In this document: one piece after another, positions 1 through 9,987 of the stretch
How the letters are laid out: each line of letters begins with the position of its first letter
Numbering within the stretch: position 1 is the stretch's first letter
Assembly: GCA_965213925.1 (NCBI GenBank)
Contig: OZ243927.1
Location: 3,104,001 to 3,168,000 of the forward strand
Length of the DNA: 64,000 nt
DNA from: Trueperaceae bacterium
Lineage (GTDB): Bacteria; Deinococcota; Deinococci; Deinococcales; Trueperaceae
Reading direction: 5' to 3'
Notes under the pieces: model-generated
Databases searched by the model: none
Seen by the model: only the letters and a program-made list of their open reading frames with translations
What the model was told of the DNA's origin: nothing
Position numbers and translations under genes: made by a program

Positions 1-964
1 GACCTCGAGGCTCAGCGCCGGTCCCAACCCTGAAAATCAACTCGTGAGCGCGACCCTTTCGTACGAGCGGCCGCTCACCTTGGTGGGGGCTCCAGCGGCG
101 CTGCGCGTGGGGGCCAGCTCAGACTTTACCCAGGGACACCCGCTTGCGTCCGGCGAAGGGCGCACCTACACGCAGCGGCTGACCGGGTTAAGCGTCGGGC
201 TCGAGCAGTCCTTGAGCGTCTTCACCCTGGGTTTGGTGGGGCGAATCGTCGGCGCGGAGGCGTTTTTGGAAAACGCAGACGAGATGGCGGACGGGGTCGC
301 TCTGTTGTCGGACGACTTCAGTGGGGTGTTTGGGGCGAGCTTTCGCTACAACAGCGAACTCGGTGGTGAACTCAGTGGCGAACGCGGCGACCCTCGCTCC
401 GGCGGCGCGGCGGCGCTCACGCTAGGCTACGGTTTGGGTGAACGGTACGGACGGGGCGCAGACGAGCAGTTGTCTTGGGCGCAAGCGGACCTCGCTCTGC
501 GCGGCTACGTCGGCGTTAGCGGGCGCGGCATCTCCCTCCAGGACGCCCCCCGCTTCGTGCTCGCCGCGCGGCTCAACGCGGGCGCGAACGTAGGTGACGC
601 ACCCCTCTGGCGACGCCTCTCGCCCAGCTTGCGCGGTTACGACGACTTCGCCCTCGTCGGCGAGCGCACCTTCGACCTCTCCGCGGACGTGCGCTACCAC
701 ACGGGGTTAAGCGCCCCTTTCGGTAGCGGGTTCGGGCTGTCCGCGCTCATTCCGTACCTCTTTACCGACGCGGGCGACGCGTGGGGCGGCGACGCGGCGC
801 GCCGCTACCGCGCTCCCAAACTGGAGGGCGGCGTGCAACGCTCTTACGGGGCGGGGGCGCAGTTCGGGCTCGAGACCCCTTTCGCCGCCCTGCCGCTCAA
901 CCTCTGGTACGCCAGAGGCGCGCAGGGCGGCGCACTCGGCTTCGAGGTCGGGTTTTTGTACTGA
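1..964 (+). CDS. BamA/TamA (Omp85)-family outer-membrane beta-barrel protein, C-terminal part (5' truncated by window)
   Basis: Frame is open from position 2. Alternating amphipathic beta-strands, an 'LRGY' motif resembling the Omp85 VRGF loop, and a C-terminal aromatic beta-signal (GFEVGFLY). Confidence 0.7.
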   Translation, partial: TSRLSAGPNPENQLVSATLSYERPLTLVGAPAALRVGASSDFTQGHPLASGEGRTYTQRLTGLSVGLEQSLSVFTLGLVGRIVGAEAFLENADEMADGVALLSDDFSGVFGASFRYNSELGGELSGERGDPRSGGAAALTLGYGLGERYGRGADEQLSWAQADLALRGYVGVSGRGISLQDAPRFVLAARLNAGANVGDAPLWRRLSPSLRGYDDFALVGERTFDLSADVRYHTGLSAPFGSGFGLSALIPYLFTDAGDAWGGDAARRYRAPKLEGGVQRSYGAGAQFGLETPFAALPLNLWYARGAQGGALGFEVGFLY

Positions 965-992
965 GGTAGTGATTGTCAACATATAGATATAG

Positions 993-1030
993 TTGCAGGG
1001 TCTTTGACAAGTATGTCAAAGACCCTGCAA
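993..1030. terminator. 17-bp perfect hairpin between convergent genes (bidirectional terminator or REP-like palindrome)
   Basis: TTGCAGGGTCTTTGACA-AGTA-TGTCAAAGACCCTGCAA. Confidence 0.65.
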
Positions 1031-1064
1031 GGCTATATGTACCCAATTCCCTCACTACAGAATT

Positions 1065-4000
1065 CTACCCGCACTTGCTGTAGCCACAACTCTCGCACTT
1101 TCGGCAGCCTTCCTCAAAGCGCAAGGGCGCACCGCAGTCCGGGCAAGCGAGCCCCTTATTCAACTCGTTCTCAACGCCAGCGCTCTCTAATGCCACCGCG
1201 ATGAGGTCCGCTTTCGACGCCACCACGCGCCCTTGGTAGGTACCGTACATGCCGCCATTGATGCCGCGCAGCGTCTTCACAATCGCCTCGGCGGGCACGC
1301 CGTATTGGAGCGCGATCGAGGCGAGTCGTCCGAGCGCTTCGCTATCCGCCATAATCTCTTCGCCGCCCTTGCCCGACTGAATGAAGACTTCGGTAGGCAG
1401 ATCGTCTTGCTTGTTGATGGTGATGTAGAAGCTTCTGCGTTCACCCGAAGACATGGTGAGTTTGACGTTATCGGTAAAGCCGACTAAGCGGCAGGGACGG
1501 TCGAAGAGGGGTTCACCGGGGAGCCGCGCCTCGTTAGCGGCAGGAGCGGTGGGCTTTTGCGTGCGTAGACTTTGAGGTTTGGGCTGCGCCTTCTTTTCCT
1601 CTTTTTTCGTACTCAAGACTTGGAACTGCCGACTGCCGTCTCTATAGACTGTGATGCCTTTACAGCCCGTCTCAAACGCCAGGCTGTAGGCGTCGTAGAC
1701 CTCTTTCACAGACGCCTCATTCGGCATATTGATGGTTTTAGAGATGCTGTTCGCGACCATCTCGCCGCCCTCATCGAAGGTGCTCTGCACCGCGCCCTGC
1801 ATCTTGACGTGGTCTTCGGGCGAAATATCATGGGCGCACACCAGCACGTCCTTGACCTCTTGTGGGATGAAGTCCAGACCCTGTACACTGCCGTGCTGCT
1901 CTTGCACCTTGGCGACAACCTTGTCCCAGTCCCAAGCGCCACCCTGCTGATAGTTGGGATGCGGCGCGTGCGCCTCGAGCATCTCCCTAAAAAGGGGCGA
2001 AATGAGTGCGGCGTACGAGTCACCGATTTTGCGGTAGATAAAGGGTGCAAAAATCGGCTCGACGCCCGAGGAGACGCCCATGAGCATACTGGTTGTGCCC
2101 GTCGGCGCAACCGTCAACAGGGCGATGTTGCGGCGCGGCGCGTTCACGCTGCTCTGTTCAATCCCTGGAAAGACGCCGCGCTCCTCGGCGAGTTCTTTGC
2201 TCGCACTCGTCGCGTTCTCACGAAGCTCCGTAATCATCTCTTTTACTGCGTCTCGCCCCGCTTGCGAGTTGTAGGTGAGCCCCATCTTGATTAAAGCGTC
2301 CGCCAAGCCCATCACGCCGAGCCCCAAGCGGCGCAGCTTCATGCTCATGGTGCGGTTGTCCTCTAAAGCGAAGGTGTTGACCTCTAAGACGTTATCTAAA
2401 AAGCGGATGCAGGTTTTGACGTCTTGGCGGAAGCTGGTCCAGTCGAAGCCATTCGTACCTTGATTGGGCGTTTCGACGTACTGCGCTAAGTTGATAGCGC
2501 CTAAGTCGCAGGGTTCGCCGGGAAAGAGGGGGATTTCGCCACATTGGTGAGCGACGATACCGTTTGCGATAACCGAATGCGCGACGGGTTCGGTCGTATC
2601 GTAAACGCTCTCTACGCCCTCGAAGACGACACCAGTGACTTCCGTTTGGAACAGCTCTTGATTGGAAGGGCGTTTCTTAGAGGCGATGAACTCGAGCACC
2701 CGCCGTTGCTTGCTGTGCGTTAAAAAACCGATTTTCTCAGCGAACAGGTCACGGTTGACTTTGTCCAGCGTGAGTTCGTATTGATCCGCGTGCGCGTAAA
2801 GGTCCGACCCCCCTCTACCATTGGGCATCGGGCGTACACCAGCGGCGCGGCGGTGGTAGATGCGTGAGACAAGACCGAAGTTGGAGAGTAAAATCTGGAC
2901 ACCTTTGAGGAGCGCCTTAGATGAACTCGCGAGCCGGACGCTGCAACTCTTCTTGCCACAGCTAAGGTTGACCGTGCCGTCTGCGGTGAAAAGTCCTTGC
3001 AAAAAGCCTACAACGGCCTCACGTGGCGCAGCAAAGACGCTCTCTGGAATGCACTTATCCACCGCTTTTTCACCGCTTAGTCCTAACGCAGCCAGATAGC
3101 TAATTACCACCTTGCCGAACCTGATTTGTGAACAGTTGGCGTGATGCTGTGTACCGCCGCCAAACCAAGTTTTATACTGCTCAATATAACGCTCTAACTC
3201 TTGATAGTCGCTTGTGGAAAAGGTGATGCCCGCTTTGTCTTCACTCACAAAGCCGTCGCCCACCATAAAACCAAGAAATGTACCTAGCTCGCGACTCCAC
3301 CGTTGCGGCATACCGCTGAATTTTTCTCGAACATCCTTGCGTCCTGTACGTGATAGAACGCCACCACGGTTGTTGCTACCTGCCGTTGCTAAAAGTTCAG
3401 CGTGGACGGCGAGAGTCTCCTTGCTAAAAACGTATTGGTCGCTCCACATTCCCTCCGCACTCTGCATCAAGAGGGTGTCACCAGGAGCAAGCTCAGCCAG
3501 TTCTTTCCACCCAACCGGAGTCAAAAACTTGTGGTTCGCCGTAGCCCGCACTTCGAGCCCGTGCTTAGTGGTCACGCGGTAAACCTTTTCAGCCTCCGAG
3601 GTCTTAAACACTGGTACGGCAGCCCTTGGCGTAACGCCTAAGCTATCCGTTAGGACGCGGCGGTCTGAAGCTACAATGAGTTCCTCTTGGGTTTTGTAAA
3701 GCTCGCCTAAAGTGACTAGGCCGCGCCGCGTAGCAATGCGCACATCCGCAGGAAAGCACGGATTGGTCGCTTTAATATCCCCCAAACTCTCCCGCATCGG
3801 ATTAAATTCATTGATGCGGTCGATGAAGATAAGCCCCGGCTCGCCTGTTTGCCAAGCGTGCTCAGCGACGTCGTGAAGGGGACCGCTTTCGCGGTTTCTC
3901 GAGCGCTCCATAAAGTCGTCCGTGACCAAGACCGAAATATTAAAGGTCGAGATGTCGCCCTCAGCCTCTTCTCTCGCTAAGTCTTTACAGGTGATGAAGT

Positions 4001-4910
4001 CCTGGATGTCGGGGTGCGTGGCGGACATCGTCGCCATCCCAGCGCCACGCCGTGTCCCGCCTTGCCTTATTACCCTCAGCGTGGGCGCGTATACATAACG
4101 CAGCGTCGCAATCGGACCTGCGTACTCCGCTCCACCCAAAGACGCCCAGTACGCGAAGTTGTCAAAAACCTCGACTGCGAACGACGACGGACCGCTGCTC
4201 GTGCCACCCGAGCCCTTGACGGGCGTTCCTTCCGAGCGCAACCGTGAGAGGTCCAGCACAACATCTTCACCGCGCAAGAGAGCACGAATCATCTCCCCTG
4301 CCCCGTGCCAGATGCTCTCGACGGAGTCACCCACCTCTTGCACGTTGACGCCTTCCCCAACGTCCTCTAACTCTACGAAGCTCGAGTACCGGTACCCCTT
4401 CGTCACATACTTGCCGTGCACCAGGTCCATGTACGTGCCCGACTTGACCTTAGCGTAGTCGGGATGTGAAGAGGAGACCGTCACGAAGAGGTTGCCGACC
4501 TCTTGCGTGTAGGGGCGTTTAGGCTTTAGAGGGTCCAAGCAGAGCCCGTTACCGCCGCCGACTTTCGTCACGAGCGCCAATTTCGTCGCGAGACCGAGCA
4601 CCCAAGCGTCCGTGCCGGGTTCTTCAGGGCTGCCGTCTTGAACAAAACAGTTCAGCACGTTGCCGTGGCTTGTATTCGCGCCCGCTAAAACGCGCCCGCC
4701 GGGGCAGAAGCGCTTCGACGCCATGAGGTCGTAAAAGGCGCTCTCGTAGTGCGTCTGATTCCCACCTTCTTCGGGACTCGCCACCCACGCCGCCACGCGC
4801 CCGAAGAGACCCTCTAAGCCCTCGTCCCCCGGTTGGAAATACTGCCGCTTGGCGATGGTTACAGCGTGGTCGTCGAAATTCAGGGGGCGAGCGCGAGTAG
4901 GTCTATCCAT
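1065..4910 (-). CDS. nrdJ: Class II (adenosylcobalamin-dependent) ribonucleotide reductase containing an intein; C-terminal TSCPD-like domain and Zn ribbon
   Basis: Motifs NCFV, RRGAGM, GEPG, NP|CGE, APTGT and ISKTIN; ends CPDC...CESCGYSKCG. ATG at 4910 is preceded by GGAGG. Confidence 0.93.
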   Translation of the reverse strand: MDRPTRARPLNFDDHAVTIAKRQYFQPGDEGLEGLFGRVAAWVASPEEGGNQTHYESAFYDLMASKRFCPGGRVLAGANTSHGNVLNCFVQDGSPEEPGTDAWVLGLATKLALVTKVGGGNGLCLDPLKPKRPYTQEVGNLFVTVSSSHPDYAKVKSGTYMDLVHGKYVTKGYRYSSFVELEDVGEGVNVQEVGDSVESIWHGAGEMIRALLRGEDVVLDLSRLRSEGTPVKGSGGTSSGPSSFAVEVFDNFAYWASLGGAEYAGPIATLRYVYAPTLRVIRQGGTRRGAGMATMSATHPDIQDFITCKDLAREEAEGDISTFNISVLVTDDFMERSRNRESGPLHDVAEHAWQTGEPGLIFIDRINEFNPMRESLGDIKATNPCFPADVRIATRRGLVTLGELYKTQEELIVASDRRVLTDSLGVTPRAAVPVFKTSEAEKVYRVTTKHGLEVRATANHKFLTPVGWKELAELAPGDTLLMQSAEGMWSDQYVFSKETLAVHAELLATAGSNNRGGVLSRTGRKDVREKFSGMPQRWSRELGTFLGFMVGDGFVSEDKAGITFSTSDYQELERYIEQYKTWFGGGTQHHANCSQIRFGKVVISYLAALGLSGEKAVDKCIPESVFAAPREAVVGFLQGLFTADGTVNLSCGKKSCSVRLASSSKALLKGVQILLSNFGLVSRIYHRRAAGVRPMPNGRGGSDLYAHADQYELTLDKVNRDLFAEKIGFLTHSKQRRVLEFIASKKRPSNQELFQTEVTGVVFEGVESVYDTTEPVAHSVIANGIVAHQCGEIPLFPGEPCDLGAINLAQYVETPNQGTNGFDWTSFRQDVKTCIRFLDNVLEVNTFALEDNRTMSMKLRRLGLGVMGLADALIKMGLTYNSQAGRDAVKEMITELRENATSASKELAEERGVFPGIEQSSVNAPRRNIALLTVAPTGTTSMLMGVSSGVEPIFAPFIYRKIGDSYAALISPLFREMLEAHAPHPNYQQGGAWDWDKVVAKVQEQHGSVQGLDFIPQEVKDVLVCAHDISPEDHVKMQGAVQSTFDEGGEMVANSISKTINMPNEASVKEVYDAYSLAFETGCKGITVYRDGSRQFQVLSTKKEEKKAQPKPQSLRTQKPTAPAANEARLPGEPLFDRPCRLVGFTDNVKLTMSSGERRSFYITINKQDDLPTEVFIQSGKGGEEIMADSEALGRLASIALQYGVPAEAIVKTLRGINGGMYGTYQGRVVASKADLIAVALESAGVENELNKGLACPDCGAPLRFEEGCRKCESCGYSKCG
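2544..3758 (-). mobile_element. 405-aa intein with LAGLIDADG homing endonuclease, inserted at the RNR active-site NP|CGE
   Basis: Begins CFPAD; block B TANHKF; two LAGLIDADG motifs (FLGFMVGDG, FLQGLFTADG); block F VYD; ends ANGIVAHQ followed by +1 Cys. Confidence 0.93.
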
Positions 4911-4946
4911 TAGGGTGTCCTCCAGGGATGAAAGGGGCGAACGCAC

Positions 4947-5093
4947 AAGCTACATCTAGTACGCCTATTTGTTAGTTACACATAATGTTGCATTTACACA
5001 ACAACATCTTAAAGCGTTTGATGTGTGACGTCAAGGGTTTGGTGCGAGAAGTTCATATGCGAATACGTTGACAGAAGGTACCACATGTAGCAC
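4947..5093. promoter_or_regulatory. NrdR boxes upstream of nrdJ (cores at 4950-4959, 4981-4990, 5081-5090)
   Basis: CTACATCTAG, CATAATGTTG and CCACATGTAG resemble the NrdR core CwAtATaTwG. The first two are 31 bp apart. Confidence 0.7.
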
Positions 5094-5126
5094 TTCGCAA
5101 GCAAGAGGTACAACTGGCGGTACGCG

Positions 5127-5279
5127 CAACCTAGAATCTGCAGCGTCTACGACGAGAAGTTTGTTGTGGGATAGAGGACTATACCTCAAAGGTGCAGGCG
5201 GTGGAAAGGGTTCTAAAAGACATTTGGGAGGGGCTTAAAGAGCCAGAGGTGTGGCATAATTCACACAGATTCTAGGTTG
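5127..5279. mobile_element. MITE-like relic with 14-bp perfect terminal inverted repeats
   Basis: CAACCTAGAATCTG (5127-5140) / CAGATTCTAGGTTG (5266-5279). Confidence 0.5.
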
Positions 5280-5322
5280 TTGAGCTGTTGAATGCGGCAA
5301 GAAAATTCGAAAGGAGAGGTTG

Positions 5323-5856
5323 ATGAACCTCGAGTTTGAAGCTATGCTCTCGGGAGGGCACCCCAACTCGCTCGGGAGAACGGTGGAGGTCGTTGAAATC
5401 GTGCTCGCAAACCCGGAAAGGTTGGCAGAACTCTACCACTGCTACTTCAGCGCGGACGAGGTCGTGCGGCTCAGGACATCTAGCGCTGTAAAGCGCGTGT
5501 CGAAAGAGCGCCCGGCGTGGCTCGTTCCCTATCTCGACGGACTTCTTAGCGACATCGTGCGCTTGGAACAGGCCTCGGCGCAGTGGACGCTCGCCAACCT
5601 CTTTGAAACGCTCGCGCCCTACATGACATCCGAACAAAGAGAGAGGGCAAAAGAGGTCATGAAGAGCAATCTCGAGGTCTACAACGACTGGATCGTCTTG
5701 AAAAATACGGCGCAGACGCTCGGAAAGTGGGCGCAAGAGGACGAGGCGCTAAGGGCGTGGTTGGAGCCGCGTTTGCAGAGGTTGAGCGGGGATAGTCGTA
5801 AATCGGTCTCGAAGGCGGCGCAGAAGCAGCTTGCAGCACTTTCACAGAGCCGCTAA
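5323..5856 (+). CDS. Hypothetical alpha-helical (HEAT/ARM-like) protein
   Basis: 177 aa; AGGAGAGG RBS; amphipathic helical repeat pattern. Confidence 0.7.
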   Translation: MNLEFEAMLSGGHPNSLGRTVEVVEIVLANPERLAELYHCYFSADEVVRLRTSSAVKRVSKERPAWLVPYLDGLLSDIVRLEQASAQWTLANLFETLAPYMTSEQRERAKEVMKSNLEVYNDWIVLKNTAQTLGKWAQEDEALRAWLEPRLQRLSGDSRKSVSKAAQKQLAALSQSR

Positions 5857-5939
5857 GCAGAGTTGACGCAGGTACTAGAACGTGAATGTTTGCAGTGCTT
5901 TCCTAACTGAGCGCGTTCGTAATCAACTCGTACCTGCTA

Positions 5940-7454
5940 TCAATGCTTGAAGTGCCGCATCCCCGTAAAGACCATCGCCACATCCAGCTCGTCCGCCGCC
6001 GCGATGACCTCTTCGTCACGCACCGAGCCGCCCGGTTGAATGACCGCCGCCACGCCCGCGTCCGCCGCCATCCTCACCACGTCGTCGAAAGGAAAGAAAG
6101 CGTCGCTCGCCATCACGGAGCCCTTGACCGCTTCACCGGCTCTCGCGACTGCGCCCTCCGCCGCCCAAATCCTCGAGACCTGCCCCGCCCCGATGCCCGC
6201 CGTAACGCCCTCTTTCGCCAGCACAATGGCGTTCGATTTCACGTGCTTGCAGACCGTCCAAGCGAAGCGGAGGTCGCGCCACTGCGCGCCGGAAGGCTCA
6301 CGCTCCGTGACGACGCGCAGGTCGGCGTCATCCAACGTTCCCTCGTCCAAATCCTGCACCAAAAGCCCGCCGCGCAAACTGCGGATGTCGCGTCCCTTAG
6401 AGGTCGCAGGCGTCGTCACTTTGAGGAGCCGCAGGTTTTTCTTGCGCTGCAACCGCTCCAAAGCCGCAGCCTCGTAGTCAGGCGCGAGAATGATCTCCAG
6501 GAATGTTTTAGCGAGTTCGTCCGCTAGCGCCCCCGTCACGACCTCATTGACCGCCACGATGCCGCCGAAGATGCTCACGGGATCAGCGGCGTGCGCCCTT
6601 TTATACGCGCCCAAGAGGTCATCGGCTACCGCCACGCCGCAGGGGTTGGCGTGTTTGACGGCGACGGCGGCGGGTGCGGGCAGTTCGCTAAGCAGGTTCC
6701 AAGCGGCTTCCGCGTCGCCGTAGTTGTTGAAAGACATCTCTTTACCGTGCAGCACCTCCGCGCCCGTGACCGGACCCCGCTCGCTGCCGAGTCGCCAGAG
6801 GGCGGCGTGTTGGTGGGGGTTTTCGCCGTAGCGCAGTTCGCGCACCTTGTGGAGTTCTAAAGCGGTTTCGTCTGCCCAGTTACCGCCCACCTGGTTGCCT
6901 AAATATTGGATGATCGCCGCGTCATAAGCGGCGGTGTGGGCGAAGGCTTTGCGGGCTAGCTCGAGCCTCAATACATCATCCACACCCTCCTGGAGCGCAG
7001 CAGTCACCCGCTCGTAATCCGCCGGGTCACTCACAACTACTACGTACGGAAAGTTCTTCGCCGCCGCTCTCAGCATGGTCGGTCCGCCGATGTCGACGTT
7101 CTCCAGCGCCGTGTCTAGATCAACCTCTTGCGTCACCGTCTCGCGAAAAGGATAGAGATTGACGGCGACCAGATCGATTGGAAGGATGCCCTGCTCCTCT
7201 AGCTCCTGGGAATGCGCGGCGCTCCTTTTGGCGAGGATGCCGCCGTGGATTTTGGGGTGCAGTGTCTTGACCCGTCCCTCTAAAATTTCGGGCGAGCCCG
7301 TCACCTCAGAGACTTGTGTGACTGCTAAGCCAGCCGCCTGCAGAGCGCGAAAGGTGCCGCCCGTCGAGATGAGGTCGAAACCTGCGTCTAAGAGGTTTTG
7401 GGCAAAGGATTCCAACCCTGTTTTGTCCGATACGCTGAGGAGTGCTCTTGGCAT
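5940..7454 (-). CDS. purH: Bifunctional AICAR transformylase / IMP cyclohydrolase
   Basis: [42 protein letters not shown]. Confidence 0.97.
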   Translation of the reverse strand: MPRALLSVSDKTGLESFAQNLLDAGFDLISTGGTFRALQAAGLAVTQVSEVTGSPEILEGRVKTLHPKIHGGILAKRSAAHSQELEEQGILPIDLVAVNLYPFRETVTQEVDLDTALENVDIGGPTMLRAAAKNFPYVVVVSDPADYERVTAALQEGVDDVLRLELARKAFAHTAAYDAAIIQYLGNQVGGNWADETALELHKVRELRYGENPHQHAALWRLGSERGPVTGAEVLHGKEMSFNNYGDAEAAWNLLSELPAPAAVAVKHANPCGVAVADDLLGAYKRAHAADPVSIFGGIVAVNEVVTGALADELAKTFLEIILAPDYEAAALERLQRKKNLRLLKVTTPATSKGRDIRSLRGGLLVQDLDEGTLDDADLRVVTEREPSGAQWRDLRFAWTVCKHVKSNAIVLAKEGVTAGIGAGQVSRIWAAEGAVARAGEAVKGSVMASDAFFPFDDVVRMAADAGVAAVIQPGGSVRDEEVIAAADELDVAMVFTGMRHFKH

Positions 7455-7497
7455 AGGGGCAATGTAACCCATGTGGAGTTAAGCGGTGCAAAGGAAA

Positions 7498-7521
7498 ACC
7501 CCTCGAGCTAGCTCGAGGGGT
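7498..7521 (-). terminator. Rho-independent terminator downstream of the PPIase gene
   Basis: Perfect palindrome ACCCCTCGAGCTAGCTCGAGGGGT, followed by a T-run on the minus strand. Confidence 0.7.
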
Positions 7522-7538
7522 AGCCTTCGCTGAGGATG

Positions 7539-9566
7539 TTACTGACCTTCTTGCGGCGCTTCCTCTTGTGTATTCTCTCCAGCAGGAACAAGCTCGGTGT
7601 CGTTGGGAACGTCAACTTGCTCCTCCGGTCCTGCCGCGTCCCCGCCTTCACCCTCAGCATTATCACCAGTGCCGGGCGCGCCCTCCTGCGCGCCGCCTGT
7701 CGCTTCGTCCTGCGCGGGTACGAGCAAATTCTCGACGGTGACCTCTTCGCGCAAACCGCCCAGCCACGTTTGGCGCAGCTCTTCACGGTTGTTCGCGAGC
7801 ACCGTGTCGCGCACCTGGTTGCGCACCTCTTCCAAAGGAAGTACGCGCTCGGGGATGCGGGTCGCGACGAGCACGACGTAGGTTTGCGAAACGCCCGGTG
7901 CAGCGCCGCCCGTCTCAGCGCCGCCTGTACCGCCGCCCGTCTCGGAACCGCCCGTTTGCGCGTCCGCGGGTTGGGCGATGGTGAGGACGCCGGAGACCTC
8001 GACTTCCGAAGAGGCGTTGAGCGCCGTGAAGTCGCCCGACTCGAAGTTGAATAACGCCTGGTCAACGACCTCTTGCGTCTCACCAGGTGAGACTGGACCG
8101 AGGCGGGCCACTTCGCCGCCCGCCGCGTCCGCCGCCACGTCTACGGAGCCTCTGTCCACGTTTTCGTTTTCTAAAAGCGCCTGCCTGAAGCTCTGCGCTG
8201 ACGCCTCGTCGGAGAAGTTGACGCGCGTCGCCACCGCCACAGCGCTTTCGGTAAAGCGCCCTAAATTCGCGTCGTAGTATTCCTGAATCTGCGCGTCGGT
8301 CACCTCGGCGTCGCGGCTCACGAAGCTCAGCGCGCTCTGCGCCACGCCTGCAGGCGGTCCGACGAAGTTGCCGTCTAAAGCGGCCGCGCCCTGCGCCGCA
8401 AGTTCACGCTCGATGAGCTGCTCTAAGAAGGTCGGCTTAAAGAAGTTAGCTACGGTGTCGGCGTTTGTCGGGTTCAAGAACCCCTGCACCTGCGGGTTGA
8501 GATAGGTCTCCTCCGCGAGCGCCACCGCGCTGATTTCGTCCTCGCCGACGTAAGCGACAGGCGGGTTGTCGTAGCTGTACGCGCCGCCCGGCTCGATGTT
8601 CGCTTCGTCTCTTAGGGTCTCTAAGGTCTGCGCTTGAATGCCCGCTTCCTTGGCAAGTTGCGCGTCTTCGCGCACCTCGCCCTGCACCTCGTCGAAGGGC
8701 TGCTGCTCGGGCGGCGTGAAGTTTTCGACCTTGACGATGTGGTATGCGCCGCCCGCTTGCACGGGGCGCGTGACGCCCGGACCTTGCAATCCGAACGCGG
8801 CGTCAGCAACAGGCGTCGGCAGCGCGACGCGCCCGACAGGGCGCGGCTCCGGCTCGCCCTGCGCCGCGCCGAGTGCGCCCCCTTGCTCGGCGCGCTCGGC
8901 CGAAAACTCCCGCGCTAAGCTGGCGAAGTCTTCGCCCGCTCTCGCTCTCGCGAAGAGGTCGTTGGCGAGCGCTTCGTCCGTGACGACGATCTCGCGCGCC
9001 GTGATCTGTGGGTCAGACGTATACGCGGCTCTGTTGGCTGCGAAAAAGGTCTGCACCTCTTCGTCCGTGACTTCAACGTCTTCGACTAAACGCTCTAGGT
9101 ATTTCTCCTGCTTGAGCTGTTGCCGGATCAGCTCGCGAAAGGTCGCGTCGGTGTAGCCCGCGCCGCCGATGAGGTTCTGGTAGGCGCGGTCGTTGCTGGA
9201 GCCCGCTACGCCGCGCGCCTCGCGGAACTCGTTGACTTCGGCTCTCACCTCGCCGCGCGACACGTTCACGTCCGCCGCCGCTTGGCGCAACACCTCGTTC
9301 TGGATGAGCTGGTCGAAGGCGAGCCGCTCCAAGTCCTCGGCGACGGGTCCCTCTTGCACCGCGTTAAAGGGCGGGTTTTGCTGCAGGCGGGCCAGCTCGA
9401 GTTCGGTGATCGGCTCCCCGTTGACCTCGAGCGCCGTCGCCCCGCTCTGCGGTCCCTGGTTGCCGCCGAAAAACGTTCCCGGCGTAAAAGCGATGACCAT
9501 ACTGACGAGCAGCCCGATCGAAATAACCCATAAAATAATGGCGTTGGTTCTCTTGCTTAACTTCAT
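7539..9566 (-). CDS. Membrane-anchored SurA/PpiD/PrsA-like parvulin peptidyl-prolyl isomerase chaperone
   Basis: N-terminal TM helix; SurA_N-like region; rotamase motif GEDFASLAREFS...GGALG...YHIVKV; a second degenerate rotamase; acidic tail. Confidence 0.85.
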   Translation of the reverse strand: MKLSKRTNAIILWVISIGLLVSMVIAFTPGTFFGGNQGPQSGATALEVNGEPITELELARLQQNPPFNAVQEGPVAEDLERLAFDQLIQNEVLRQAAADVNVSRGEVRAEVNEFREARGVAGSSNDRAYQNLIGGAGYTDATFRELIRQQLKQEKYLERLVEDVEVTDEEVQTFFAANRAAYTSDPQITAREIVVTDEALANDLFARARAGEDFASLAREFSAERAEQGGALGAAQGEPEPRPVGRVALPTPVADAAFGLQGPGVTRPVQAGGAYHIVKVENFTPPEQQPFDEVQGEVREDAQLAKEAGIQAQTLETLRDEANIEPGGAYSYDNPPVAYVGEDEISAVALAEETYLNPQVQGFLNPTNADTVANFFKPTFLEQLIERELAAQGAAALDGNFVGPPAGVAQSALSFVSRDAEVTDAQIQEYYDANLGRFTESAVAVATRVNFSDEASAQSFRQALLENENVDRGSVDVAADAAGGEVARLGPVSPGETQEVVDQALFNFESGDFTALNASSEVEVSGVLTIAQPADAQTGGSETGGGTGGAETGGAAPGVSQTYVVLVATRIPERVLPLEEVRNQVRDTVLANNREELRQTWLGGLREEVTVENLLVPAQDEATGGAQEGAPGTGDNAEGEGGDAAGPEEQVDVPNDTELVPAGENTQEEAPQEGQ

Positions 9567-9621
9567 CCTTTTGTCGTCCTCCTAAAAATACTAGCGCCCA
9601 ACATGCTACTAGCGTTTACGC

Positions 9622-9716
9622 GCTAGAAATGATACCTTTAGAGAGCTAGAGATGATACCTCTAGGTACGCCGTAGCGGTAAACTATAGATACTACCTCTA
9701 GCAGCTTACCTCTAGC
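9622..9716. repeat. Imperfect tandem repeats with TACCTCTAG core between the divergent PPIase gene and the tRNA
   Basis: GCTAGAAATGATACCTTTAG (9622-9641), GCTAGAGATGATACCTCTAG (9645-9664), and two further TACCTCTAGC copies. Confidence 0.6.
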
Positions 9717-9720
9717 CTAT

Positions 9721-9794
9721 GCGCCCGTAGCTCAGCCGGATAGAGCGTTCGCCTCCGGAGCGAAAGGTCGCAGGTTCGAATCCTGCCGGGCGCA
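9721..9794 (+). tRNA. tRNA-Arg (anticodon CCG); CCA not encoded
   Basis: Acceptor stem GCGCCCG/CGGGCGC; D-arm GCTCAGCCGGATAGAGC; anticodon arm TTCGC-CTCCGGA-GCGAA; T-loop GGTTCGAATCC. Confidence 0.97.
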
Positions 9795-9987
9795 CTTCTT
9801 TTCCTGAAACTACCTGTTTATCCTAAAACTACCCGTAGAAAGCTCCAGCAGACTCACGCCAAACAGAGAAGAGTCTAACACGCCCGTCTCCCTCAAAGGC
9901 TAAAGGGAGACTGAGAATGTGTTCGTAATTTCTTCACATTTGGCAGTCTTACGTAAGCTCGAGTTCTCTGCGGATTTAAGATTTACG

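Noticed and set aside
4911..5320. Cobalamin riboswitch upstream of the B12-dependent RNR
   Set aside because: No B12-box recognised; NrdR boxes explain the region.
7455..7538. ZMP/ZTP riboswitch before purH
   Set aside because: The spacer is short and mostly a terminator hairpin; no aptamer motif.
9622..9716. Possible mini-CRISPR array
   Set aside because: Units are nearly adjacent, with no spacer-length unique sequences, and there are no cas genes.
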